64,000 bases of DNA, from NCBI GenBank assembly GCA_963748815.1, contig CAVVKJ010000007.1, forward strand, positions 46,941 to 110,940, read 5' to 3'. The stretch comes from an uncultured Gemmatimonadales bacterium (GTDB lineage: Bacteria > Gemmatimonadota > Gemmatimonadetes > Gemmatimonadales > GWC2-71-9). A program made the translations under genes and the position numbers. The notes beneath the pieces are model-generated. The model was given only the letters and a program-made list of their open reading frames with translations. It searched no databases and was not told the origin of the DNA. Below are positions 9,417 through 18,458 of this stretch, one piece after another (the stretch's first letter is position 1; the number at the start of each line of letters is the position of its first letter).

Positions 9417-10309
9417 GCCTCCCGGTCTGAGGGGTGGCGAGCGCTGCGCAGCAGTTCCACGAAAGCCTCCTCGAGGTCCAGGTCCACGACCTCCCTGAGC
9501 GGGTGGGCTTCGCCAAACCAGGAGGACATTTCGGGCTGCCATCCGCGCACGGTCCACACCTCGCCGCCGAGGCCGGCGTCGCCCCGCGCAATCACGGAGA
9601 AGGGCGCTGCCGCCGACGACGCCCCCGCGGTCACCCGCAGGCGCTTGAGCCCCGACTTGAATTCCTGCATCGGCAGCTGGGCCACGACGGTGCCCTGGTC
9701 GAGGACGCCGATCCAGTCACAAAACCGTTCGAGTTCGTGCACCAGGTGGCTCGAGATGAGCACGGTCGCGCCCGATTCGGTCACGTAGTCGAGGATCGCG
9801 TGCAGCGCCTCCCGCCGCACCACCGGGTCGAGACCGTCGGTCGGCTCGTCGAGGAGAAGCAGGTCGGGCCGTTGCGCCAGCGCGAGCAGGATCATCGCCT
9901 TGCCCATCTCTCCTTTCGAGAGCCGGGAGAGCAGGCGGTTCATCGGCAGCCCGAACCGGTTGGCGAGTTCCCCGGACATTGCGTGGTCGAAGCGATGGTG
10001 GAAGGCGGCGTGAAGACTGATTGCCTCGGCCACCGTGAGATTGGGGTAGAGCTGCGGCCGTTCGGGGACGTAGCCGACCCGGCCAAGGATCGACACGATG
10101 TCGGCCGGAACGTCCTCGCCGAGCACCTGGATCGACCCACCGGACGGGCGGAGGAGTCCGAGGAGCAGCCGGATGGTCGTCGTCTTGCCGGCGCCGTTGG
10201 GGCCGAGGAAGCCGTAGACCGCACCGGCGGGCACGGAGAGGTTCAGGTCGCGGAGTGCGAACCCCTCAATGTCGTATGAGAGTTCCCGGATGTGGATCGC
10301 GTCGGTCAT
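9413..10309 (-). CDS. ABC transporter ATP-binding protein (YtrB-like)
   Basis: GPNGAGKTT, LSKGE, LLLLDEPTDGLDP, SSH. Confidence 0.93.
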   Translation of the reverse strand: MTDAIHIRELSYDIEGFALRDLNLSVPAGAVYGFLGPNGAGKTTTIRLLLGLLRPSGGSIQVLGEDVPADIVSILGRVGYVPERPQLYPNLTVAEAISLHAAFHHRFDHAMSGELANRFGLPMNRLLSRLSKGEMGKAMILLALAQRPDLLLLDEPTDGLDPVVRREALHAILDYVTESGATVLISSHLVHELERFCDWIGVLDQGTVVAQLPMQEFKSGLKRLRVTAGASSAAAPFSVIARGDAGLGGEVWTVRGWQPEMSSWFGEAHPLREVVDLDLEEAFVELLRSARHPSDREA

Positions 10310-10686
10310 GACCGTGCCTCCCCAAGCGCGTTTCGCAGTGCACTGAGCAGATCCTCACCCGTCAATCCCAATCCGACGGCGCGCGCGAGCATCTCGTTGG
10401 CCAGGCGAGTGCTCACCGCCGCCTGTTCCTCCGCCCGCCGACTCGTGGTGAGCTCGCGGACGTAGGTGCCAGAGCCTTGCCGGAGTTCCACCAGGCCGCT
10501 CCGCTCGAGGTCCCGATAGGCCTGGACCACCGTCCCCGGATTGAGCCGCAGCTTCACGGCGAGCTGCCGCACCGAAGGGAGCGCCTCGCCCGGGGCGAGG
10601 TCGCCGGCCGCAATGGCGGCGCGAAGCCGCTCCGCGAGCTGGGCGTACAGCGGGGTTGGAAGTGCCGGATCAAGGTGTTCGAACAT
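10306..10686 (-). CDS. GntR family regulator, YtrA subfamily
   Basis: PLYAQL...LPSVRQLA...NPGTVVQAYRDLE...GSGTYV; about 126 aa with a short C-domain; first gene of the ABC operon. Confidence 0.92.
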   Translation of the reverse strand: MFEHLDPALPTPLYAQLAERLRAAIAAGDLAPGEALPSVRQLAVKLRLNPGTVVQAYRDLERSGLVELRQGSGTYVRELTTSRRAEEQAAVSTRLANEMLARAVGLGLTGEDLLSALRNALGEARS

Positions 10687-10691
10687 GGCCC

Positions 10692-10740
10692 TAGTGTGTT
10701 GGTGTTGCAATACACTAAGTCTTTGGTCGGCTACTGTCAA
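10692..10740 (-). promoter_or_regulatory. Sigma70 promoter TTGACA-N17-TAGTGT overlapped by inverted repeat TAGTGTGTT-N8-AATACACTA (probable YtrA operator)
   Basis: -35 at 10740-10735, -10 at 10717-10712; palindrome arms 10692-10700 and 10709-10717 with 1 mismatch. Confidence 0.75.
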
Positions 10741-10784
10741 TAGGTCGACAGCCGACCCGCCGGCGGCCACCTTCCCTGGGCGGT

Positions 10785-10812
10785 CCAAACCCTCAACCCT
10801 CGAGCGGCGTCT
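10785..10812 (+). promoter_or_regulatory. Candidate ECF-type promoter (AAAC-N17-CGTC) upstream of the ECF sigma gene
   Basis: AAAC 10787-10790 and CGTC 10808-10811 fit the general AAC/CGT ECF pattern. Confidence 0.45.
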
Positions 10813-10821
10813 GAGCCTGCA

Positions 10822-11337
10822 GTGACCGACCCCATTCAGCGCGCCAAAGCTGGCGACCCGGATGCCTTTCGCATCCTGTACGAAGGCCACGTGGGGCGCA
10901 TCTACGCCCTCTGCCTTCGGCTTGCCGGTGACCCGGGCAAGGCGGAGGAACTGGTGCAGGACACCTTCATTCTGGCGTGGGAAAAGCTGCCGGGATTTCG
11001 AGGGGAGAGCGCCTTCGGCACCTGGATCTTCCGGATCGCCGTCAACGTGGCCCTCTCCGACCGCCGGGCGACCGGCCGCCGCGAGGCTCGGCTCGCGCCG
11101 ATTGCCGACCCCGGGGCATTGCCCGTTTCGGGGCGGCCGGCCGACCCCGGAGACCGGATGGACATGGAGGACGCGATCGCCGGCCTGCCGCCGAAGGCAC
11201 GGGCGGTGTTCCTCCTCTACGATGTCGAGGGGTACCAGCACGCCGAAATCGCCGAGATGACCGGCATCGCCGAGGGGACCTCCAAGACGCAACTCTTTCG
11301 AGCCCGCCGACTGCTGCGGGAGGCATTGTCCCGATGA
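10822..11337 (+). CDS. ECF RNA polymerase sigma factor
   Basis: AEELVQDTF, FRGESAFGTWIFRIAVN, EIAEMTGIAEGTSKTQLFRAR. Confidence 0.95.
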   Translation: MTDPIQRAKAGDPDAFRILYEGHVGRIYALCLRLAGDPGKAEELVQDTFILAWEKLPGFRGESAFGTWIFRIAVNVALSDRRATGRREARLAPIADPGALPVSGRPADPGDRMDMEDAIAGLPPKARAVFLLYDVEGYQHAEIAEMTGIAEGTSKTQLFRARRLLREALSR

Positions 11338-11975
11338 CCTGCGACCAATTCGATCAGTGGCTCGACGCCTACCTGGATGGGGGACTCACCTCCGTCCAGC
11401 AGGGGAGCATGGACGCGCACCTGGCGGAGTGCGCTGCATGCCGCACCCACGCAGGGGAGATGCGCACCGTCCTCGCGGCGGCGACGTCGCTCCCCCGCAG
11501 CGTGGCCCCACCTCGGGACCTCTGGCCGGACATCGCGGCGCGGCTTCCAGCCCGGCGCCCGATCGCCGCCGTCCGGCCCGCCGCCTGGGCTCGGTGGGCG
11601 CCGCTGGCGGCGGCAGCGCTGGTCCTGGTGACGGTGACGGCCACCGTCACCTATCGGCTCTCCCGTCCGCGGGGACCCGACCCCGTCGTGGCCGTCGCGG
11701 AGCCTGCTCCCCTCGTCGGCTTCGCCGCCGATCGCGAGTACGTGCTCGCCGCGGCGGACCTCGAGCGGGTGCTCGCAGAGGGTCGCGCGCACCTGGCACC
11801 GGCCACCGTCGCGATCATCGAACAGAACCTGGCGGTCATTGACGCCGCCATCGCCGAAGCGCGCGCCGCCCTCGCCGCCGATCCAGCCAACGCCGACCTT
11901 CGCGCGCTGCTCTGGGGCGCACACCGACAGAAACTCGACCTGCTCGACCGGGCCACGCGCCTGACACGGAGCTGA
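11334..11975 (+). CDS. Zinc-binding (zf-HC2) transmembrane anti-sigma factor
   Basis: MTC...YLDG...HLAECAAC, one TM; ATGA overlap with the sigma gene. Confidence 0.88.
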   Translation: MTCDQFDQWLDAYLDGGLTSVQQGSMDAHLAECAACRTHAGEMRTVLAAATSLPRSVAPPRDLWPDIAARLPARRPIAAVRPAAWARWAPLAAAALVLVTVTATVTYRLSRPRGPDPVVAVAEPAPLVGFAADREYVLAAADLERVLAEGRAHLAPATVAIIEQNLAVIDAAIAEARAALAADPANADLRALLWGAHRQKLDLLDRATRLTRS

Positions 11976-11978
11976 CGC

Positions 11979-12869
11979 ATGCGACGACTTGCCCTCCACC
12001 TCTTTCTCCTCGGACTCGCCCTCCCCTCCAGCGGGCGCGCCCAGGCGCCGGCCCACTACGGCCGTGCCATCGCGCCGGACGCCTCGATCCGGATCTTCAA
12101 CCTCGCCGGCACCGTCCGCGTCACAGGCTGGGACCGCGACAGCGTCGACGTCTCCGCGATCGTTCCCGACGGGGGCGGCCGCCTCGTCTTCGGGGGCGGA
12201 TCGATGGGGGTCAAGCTGGGCATCGACCCGCCGCCGGCGGCCACCAACTATCCCGGATCGCTGGTGGAGGTTCGCGTCTCGGCCCGGGCGCGCGTCTGGA
12301 TCAAGACGGAGAGCGCCGAGATTCTCGTGACCGGACTCACCTCCTCGGCGGATGTGTCGAGCGTGAGCGGCCGTGTCGTGGTGACGGGGGAGATTGCCCA
12401 GCTCTCCGCGGAATCGATGGACGGCGGCATCGACGTCGAGGTCAACGCCGGCATCGTCCGGTTGAAGACGGCGGGGGGCGCCATCGCGCTGCGCGGGACC
12501 GCGACTGACGCGACCCTGAGCACGGTGAGCGGCGCGGCGACGATGGTGGTTGCCGGCACGGAGCGCGCCCGGATGGAAACGGTCAGCGGGCACCTCACCT
12601 TCGATGCGGCGCTCCTCCCCGGCGGCAACTACACGCTCGAGAGCCATTCGGGCGACATCAGCATCCGCCTGCCCGCTGACTTCAATGGAGCGATCCAGTT
12701 GACCGCGCTCGAAGGCCGCGTGACCAACCGACTCACCAAGAGTCCCGTCAACCGCACCAACCAGGGACGGGGGGAGCTGCTCGCGACGGGTGGCGGGAGG
12801 ACGACGGCGGAGCTGGTGGCCCGGACGTTCAAGGGGGCGATCGTGCTGGAGGCCCAAACCAAACGGTAG
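11979..12869 (+). CDS. DUF4097/adhesin-like beta-repeat exported protein
   Basis: Signal peptide; repeated S/T-V-S-G-x-I/V motifs; typical third gene of ECF cassettes. Confidence 0.8.
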   Translation: MRRLALHLFLLGLALPSSGRAQAPAHYGRAIAPDASIRIFNLAGTVRVTGWDRDSVDVSAIVPDGGGRLVFGGGSMGVKLGIDPPPAATNYPGSLVEVRVSARARVWIKTESAEILVTGLTSSADVSSVSGRVVVTGEIAQLSAESMDGGIDVEVNAGIVRLKTAGGAIALRGTATDATLSTVSGAATMVVAGTERARMETVSGHLTFDAALLPGGNYTLESHSGDISIRLPADFNGAIQLTALEGRVTNRLTKSPVNRTNQGRGELLATGGGRTTAELVARTFKGAIVLEAQTKR

Positions 12870-12929
12870 GACGCGGCATCGAAGGTGGCGTGACCGCAAT
12901 GCACGCCACTCCCAACGAAGGAGCTTTTC

Positions 12930-13511
12930 ATGCCCAGCCACCGCCTCCTCGCCGCCGCCGTCCTCGTCCTCTCCGCCTCCGCAGGGTCGGCCGCCCCGGC
13001 GTACGCCGGACCACCCTGGATTTCCATCGAGCTGCCGGCCAATCCGCTCGACCCGACCACGCGGGGCGCCTTCCTCCTGGTGCACACTTTCCATCATGAC
13101 GATGCCGTGGCCGAGGCGCTCACCGGCCGGGCCGAGGGGCTGGTGAACGGCCGTCGCCAGACGATTGCGCTCACCTTCGAGAGCACCTCGCGGTCCGGGG
13201 TGCGGGCGCTCCGCAAGTCGTGGCCGGACGGCGGCACGTGGGTGCTCGTGCTCACGACCGGACAGCACGGCGAGGCCACCGCGCTGGTCGGCATCGGGAG
13301 CGACGGCACCGTCCACTCCATCCAGGTGCCGAGCGAGCGCCGGGACGGCCACACCATCCCAAGCAAGGTGTCGCAGCGAGATGTGGATGCGCTCCTCTCG
13401 CGACTCGCCTCCAGAGGCAGCGGCACGACATTCCTGCCCGAGCTGGCGCTGGCGCTCGGCGGGCTGCTCGTATTCCCGGCCGGCCTGTTCGCCTTTCGCC
13501 GCCGCGGCTGA
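12930..13511 (+). CDS. Hypothetical exported protein with C-terminal TM and basic tail
   Basis: RBS AAGGAG, signal peptide, C-terminus LPELALALGGLLVFPAGLFAFRRRG. Confidence 0.75.
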   Translation: MPSHRLLAAAVLVLSASAGSAAPAYAGPPWISIELPANPLDPTTRGAFLLVHTFHHDDAVAEALTGRAEGLVNGRRQTIALTFESTSRSGVRALRKSWPDGGTWVLVLTTGQHGEATALVGIGSDGTVHSIQVPSERRDGHTIPSKVSQRDVDALLSRLASRGSGTTFLPELALALGGLLVFPAGLFAFRRRG

Positions 13512-13664
13512 CCCTCCCTCACCTCCACGGCGCCGCCTCCCGCCCGGGTGGCGGCGCTGCCGCCGTCCAGGCAGCCGCTTGACGCGCTCCCCGGCAGCCT
13601 CAACATTATCCGAATCCCCTGAACACTCCCGAGTCAGCGTTCCTCACGACTCTCCCGAGGCGTC

Positions 13665-16503
13665 TTGGACGACCCACTGCTGGAACGTTTGCGGCGGGCC
13701 CTGGCACCCGAATTCGACGTGGACCGCCGGCTCGCCGTCGGCGGAATGGGCATCGTCTTTCGGGGACGAGAAGTTGCGCTCGACCGGCCGGTCGCTATCA
13801 AGGTGTTGCGTCCCGAATTGGCCACCGCCTCGGCCCGCGAACGGTTTCTCCGCGAGGCGCGCCTGCTCGCCCGCCATCAGCACCCGAACATCGTGCCGGT
13901 GCACCGGGCCGCCGAGCGCGACGGACTCTCCTACTATGTCATGGACTTTATCGAGGGGCAGACCCTCGCCGATAGGCTGGCCACCGGTCGGTTGCCCGCC
14001 GAGCAGGTCCTCCGCCTCGCGCGCGACCTGATCGAAGCGCTCGCGGCGGCCCACGCCGACGGGATCATCCACCGCGACGTGAAACCTCACAACATCTTCT
14101 TCATCGGACATCGCGCGCTCCTCGGCGATTTCGGCATCGCCCACGATGCCTCCAGCGACGCGCTCGAGCTCACCGAAGAGGGGGCACTGATCGGGACGCG
14201 GGGCTACATGGCCCCGGAGCAGCTGCGGGGCGAACCGGCGACCGAACGATCCGACCAGTACTCGGCCGCGGCCGTCCTGTTCGAGGCGGCGACCGGTCGG
14301 CGCTGGAAGGCGGTCGACGCGCCGGCGGACGCCAACTGGCGCGGCATCCCAAGGCCGATGGTCCACCTGCTGCGGCGTGGGCTCGCGATTGATCCCGCCA
14401 GACGCTGGAGTTCCATGCGGGAGGCGCGCCGCGTTTTCGACCGGGCGCGATTCCGCCGCCAGCGCCTCCTTCCGGCGGTTGGACTGGTTGCCGCGGCCGT
14501 CCTGCTCGGCAGGGTCGTGTGGTGGGGTCTCCTCACGCCGGCGCTCCCTGTCCAGCAGTACGCGCTTGCCATCCTCCCCTTCACCGCGGTCCTGCCGGCC
14601 GACGACTCGCTCGGCATCCAGGTCGCCGAGGTCACGAGCATCGCGCTCTCCGCCTACCCGTCGTTTCCCCAGGCGCCCTTTCTGCGATCGGCCGCCTGGC
14701 ATCGAGACCACCGGACAGATGCCACGGCCGCCGCTTTGGTGGAGCTGAATGCGCGCCGGGTGATCTCGGGTCGTCTCGAACGGCGGGGCCCAGTCGTGCG
14801 GCTGCATCTCGACCTGACCGATTCGGCCGGCAGCACGCCACTGCGGCCCATCGAGATCGATACCGCGGGCGCAGAGCCGGGAGCGCTCGGCGACTCTGCC
14901 GCCTTCGTGATCGCCATCCGGCTTGGCCGCCGACCCGGGACCGACCTCGGCAACCTGGCGAGCCGGAGCCCGGATGCGTTTCTCCCCTTCCTGCAGGGCG
15001 AGCTGTACTTCGCCGACGACGCCTGGGAGGCCGCGGCGGAACAGTACGCCAAGGCGGTCGCCGCCGATTCGACCTTTGTGCTCGCCCGGTGGCGCCAGCT
15101 GGTCGCGCAGATCTGGTCGCGGGACTTCTCCTGGGATTCGGCGATCGCGTTGGCCTCCTGCTGCGCCGACCGCCTGCAACCCCTCGATGCCGGCCTCCTC
15201 CGGGCGATGGGCGACACCAACCTGCCCCGGCGCTTCGCCGCGTTTGACGCACTGCACGCGCGCTTCGGCGAGACGGGGCTCCTCCCCCTCCTCTTTGCCA
15301 GCGACCTCTTTCACCGGGGACCGCTGGTCGGGAGGGGATTGCCGGTGTCGCTCGCCATGTTCGAGGAGGCCATCCACGCAAGTCCTGGTGGCATACCGGC
15401 GCCGGCCTACGATCAGACCGTCTGGGGAAAGACCCGCCTTGGAGAGCGCGCCGAGGCGAAACGGTGGCTCCGCGACCGCAAACGGCTCGAGACGGATCAG
15501 CAGGGCGACCTGATCGTGCAATTCCTGCAGCTCGGCTACGACCTCCGCTGGGTCCACTGGCGGGCCCGCCTCAAGCTCTGGTATTTCGAACGCTTCGAGA
15601 GCGACGAGTCCATCAGGGAGCTCGCCAAGTTCTATCGCTTCAGCGCGGCGTGGGACCTGCCATGGGGCCAGAACGCCGTCGGCAGCGTCATCGCGTCGCG
15701 GCTGCTCGCCGACGACCGGGCGAACGGGCTGGAGGCGCAGGGACTCGCCCACTTCACGTGGGGCCGCGCGACCGAGGGGCTGGCCTTCATCGATTCCGCG
15801 GCGAAGTACTTCGGCACGGACGAGGCGCAGCTGCAGCGCCGGCAATGGCGCCTGCTGCTGCCGCTCCTGGGGGCGGGGCGGGTGGGCGAACCGGAGGAGG
15901 CGTCGGCGCGACTCTGGCTCGAGGAACGGGCCGCCGTCGAACCGTACGCCGCGCGGGCGCGCTGGACGCTGGCCCTCGACGCGCTGCGTCGGGCCGACAC
16001 CGCCGCCGCCATGGGCTGGATCGATGCGCTCGCGCAGCTTCGGACGGCGGACAGCGCCTCGGCCCGGCTGGCCGTGCTGGCCACGGCGATCGTCGAGGGA
16101 GGGCGCGACCCTCGCGGCGCGCTCGCGACCACCGAGCCGCTCCTGCGGTTCGACTCTCCGGCCCCGGGCCAGGACATTTTCACCCGCAGCCTGCTGCACC
16201 TCTCGCGAGCGCACTGGTTCGAGGCATCCGGCGACCCCGACGGCGCCCAGCGCGAAATCCTCTGGTACGAAAACTCCGACACCTACGCATTTCCGGTCCG
16301 GGAGGCGCAGAAGATGGAGGTCGACGCCGTCGCGAGCGTGGCGGCCCGCGTGACCCGTGCCCGCCTCCTCCTCGACGCCGGGAGACCCCGAGGTCGCCTG
16401 CCGCATGCTGGCCCGGGTGCGGCAGCTCTGGGGCAGGGCGGACGCCTCGCTCCGATCCGCGCAGGATCGCGCGGACTCCCTGTACCGCGTGGGGTGCCGA
16501 TGA
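13665..16503 (+). CDS. Hanks-type Ser/Thr protein kinase with TM and TolB-N/TPR-like extracytoplasmic region (+1 frameshift near 16386-16389)
   Basis: GGMGIVF, VAIK, HRDVKPHN, DFG, GTRGYMAPE; removing one C gives the ending PEVACRML...YRVGCR* at TGA 16501-16503, overlapping the next ATG. Confidence 0.88.
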
Positions 16504-18403
16504 TTGCCCTCCGACTGCTCGGCGTGGTGGAGGTGACGGTGGACGGCGGTGCGCCGCCTGCCGAGCTCCTGTGGAAGAAGAACCTCGCCCTGCTCGTGTA
16601 CCTCGCGCTCTCGCCGCGGCACACCCGCACGCGGGAGCACCTGACCGGCCTCCTCTGGGGCGACAAGCCGGAATCGGCCGCGCGCCACTCCCTGAACGAG
16701 GCGCTGCGCATCCTGCGTCGCGCCCTCGGCGAGGAGGCGCTCCAGACCGATGCCGCCTCCGTCCGGCTCGATGCCAGCGCGGTCGCGCTCGACGTAGAGG
16801 CGTTCGCGCGACACGAATCCGCCAGGGAATGGACGCCGGCGGCGGCGCTGGTCGGCGGCAGCTTCCTGGAGGGCTTCGCGGTACCCGGCGAGTCGGAGTT
16901 CGAAGACTGGCTGGTGGCGGAACGCAGCCAGTGGGAACGCCGGTCGGTGGCCGCGCTGGTACAGGCCGCGGAATCGGAACTGGCACGGGGTGAGGTGGCG
17001 GCCACGCTCACCGCCGCGGAACGCGCCGTGGCCCTGGCGCCCACCTCGGGGCCGGCGATCGCCGTGCTGCTCCGCGCGCTGGCCCTCTCGGGCAACCGGG
17101 CCGCGGCGCTGAGCCGGTATGCGGAGTACGTGGAGACGCTTCACGCACGGCTCGACCTCGCGCCGGAACCCGCCGTCGCCGCGCTTGCCGACCGGATCCG
17201 GAAGAACCGGGTCGAACCGCCGGCGGAGAGCGTGGCGGCGAAGGTGGCGGCGACGCGGCGGCTGCCCCTGTACGGTCGTGCCGCCGCGATGGCGACGCTC
17301 ACCGAGGCATGGACCGTGTGCTGTCACGGAGCGAACGACAGGCATCGTGGTGGTCCTCGGAGATGCCGGGCTTGGCAAGACGCGCCTCGTGGAGGAGCTG
17401 GTCGCGCGGGCGACGCTCGAAGGCGCCGTCGCGCTCAACGTCCGCGGCGTCGAGGCGGACCGGACGTCTCCCTGGGCGGGATTGCTCGGCATCGGGCGGG
17501 GCGGGCTGCTCGAGGCGCGTGGCATCGCCTCGGCACCGGCGCCCGCCCACGCGGCGTTTGCCGAGCACATCACCGAGTGGGGAGACCGGTACCGCGGCGC
17601 AGGCGGGGCCACCGCGGCGCCGACTGCCGAGGGCGTTCACCGAACTGGTGCGCTCAGCGGCGGAGGAACAGCCGATCCTGCTGGTGGCGGACGACTGTCA
17701 TCTCCTGGATGCCGAGTCACTCCAGAGCCTGGCCTCCCTTCCCCGCGACCTGCCAGGGGCTCCCGTGCTCCTCCTGCTCACCGCGGAGCCGACCGCCGTT
17801 CCCGAAGCGGTCGACACCCTCCGGAGTCACTTCGGCCGCGACATTCGCGGCGGGGTGATCGAACTCGGCGCCCTCGCCGGCGACGCGCTGGGCGAGATGG
17901 CACGCGCCGTCTTCCCGCATTTTGACGACACGGCGATCGACCGGCTGGCGCGGCGCGTGGCCGCCGACACCGCCGGCGTCCCGCTGCTCGCGGTCGAATT
18001 TCTGCACGCCGTCTCGTCGGGGCTCGCCTGGGAAGAGGAGTCAGGCGCCTGGCCGGCGCCCTATCACACGCTCACGCAGACGACGCCCGGCGACCTTCCC
18101 GACTCGATCATCTCCGCGGTGCGCATCGGGTACCGGCGGCTTTCCGAACCGGCGCAGCGCGCGCTGGCCGCGGCGGCGGCCCTTGGCGGCCGGCTCGGCG
18201 CCGGCGAGGTCGGTCGCGCCGCCGGGCTGGCCCCCCCGCTGCTGGACGCCGCCCTCGACGAGCTCGAGTGGCAGCGCTGGCTGGTCGCGGACGGCCGGGG
18301 CTACGGCTTCGTCGCCGGCATCGTCGAGCGCATCGTCGAGCGCGACATGCTGACCCCGGGCCAGCGGCGGCGGATGCGCGAGGCGGTGCACCGTCCGGCG
18401 TGA
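16500..18403 (+). CDS. SARP-family regulator: winged helix + BTAD + AAA/STAND ATPase (+1 frameshifts near 17320 and 17620)
   Basis: MIALRLLG...LALLVYLAL...REHLTGLLW...FLEGF...FEDWL; Walker A GDAGLGKT and Walker B LLVADD lie in successive frames. Confidence 0.85.
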
Positions 18404-18458
18404 CGCCCGGCTTCCCTTCGGTGTAAAATTGGGGTGCCACCCGCCGCCCTCACCCTGG

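Noticed and set aside
13665..17858. 1397-aa kinase-SARP fusion ORF
   Set aside because: One extra C near 16387 bypasses the kinase stop at 16501-16503; an ATGA overlap marks two genes, and the ORF tail is out-of-frame sequence
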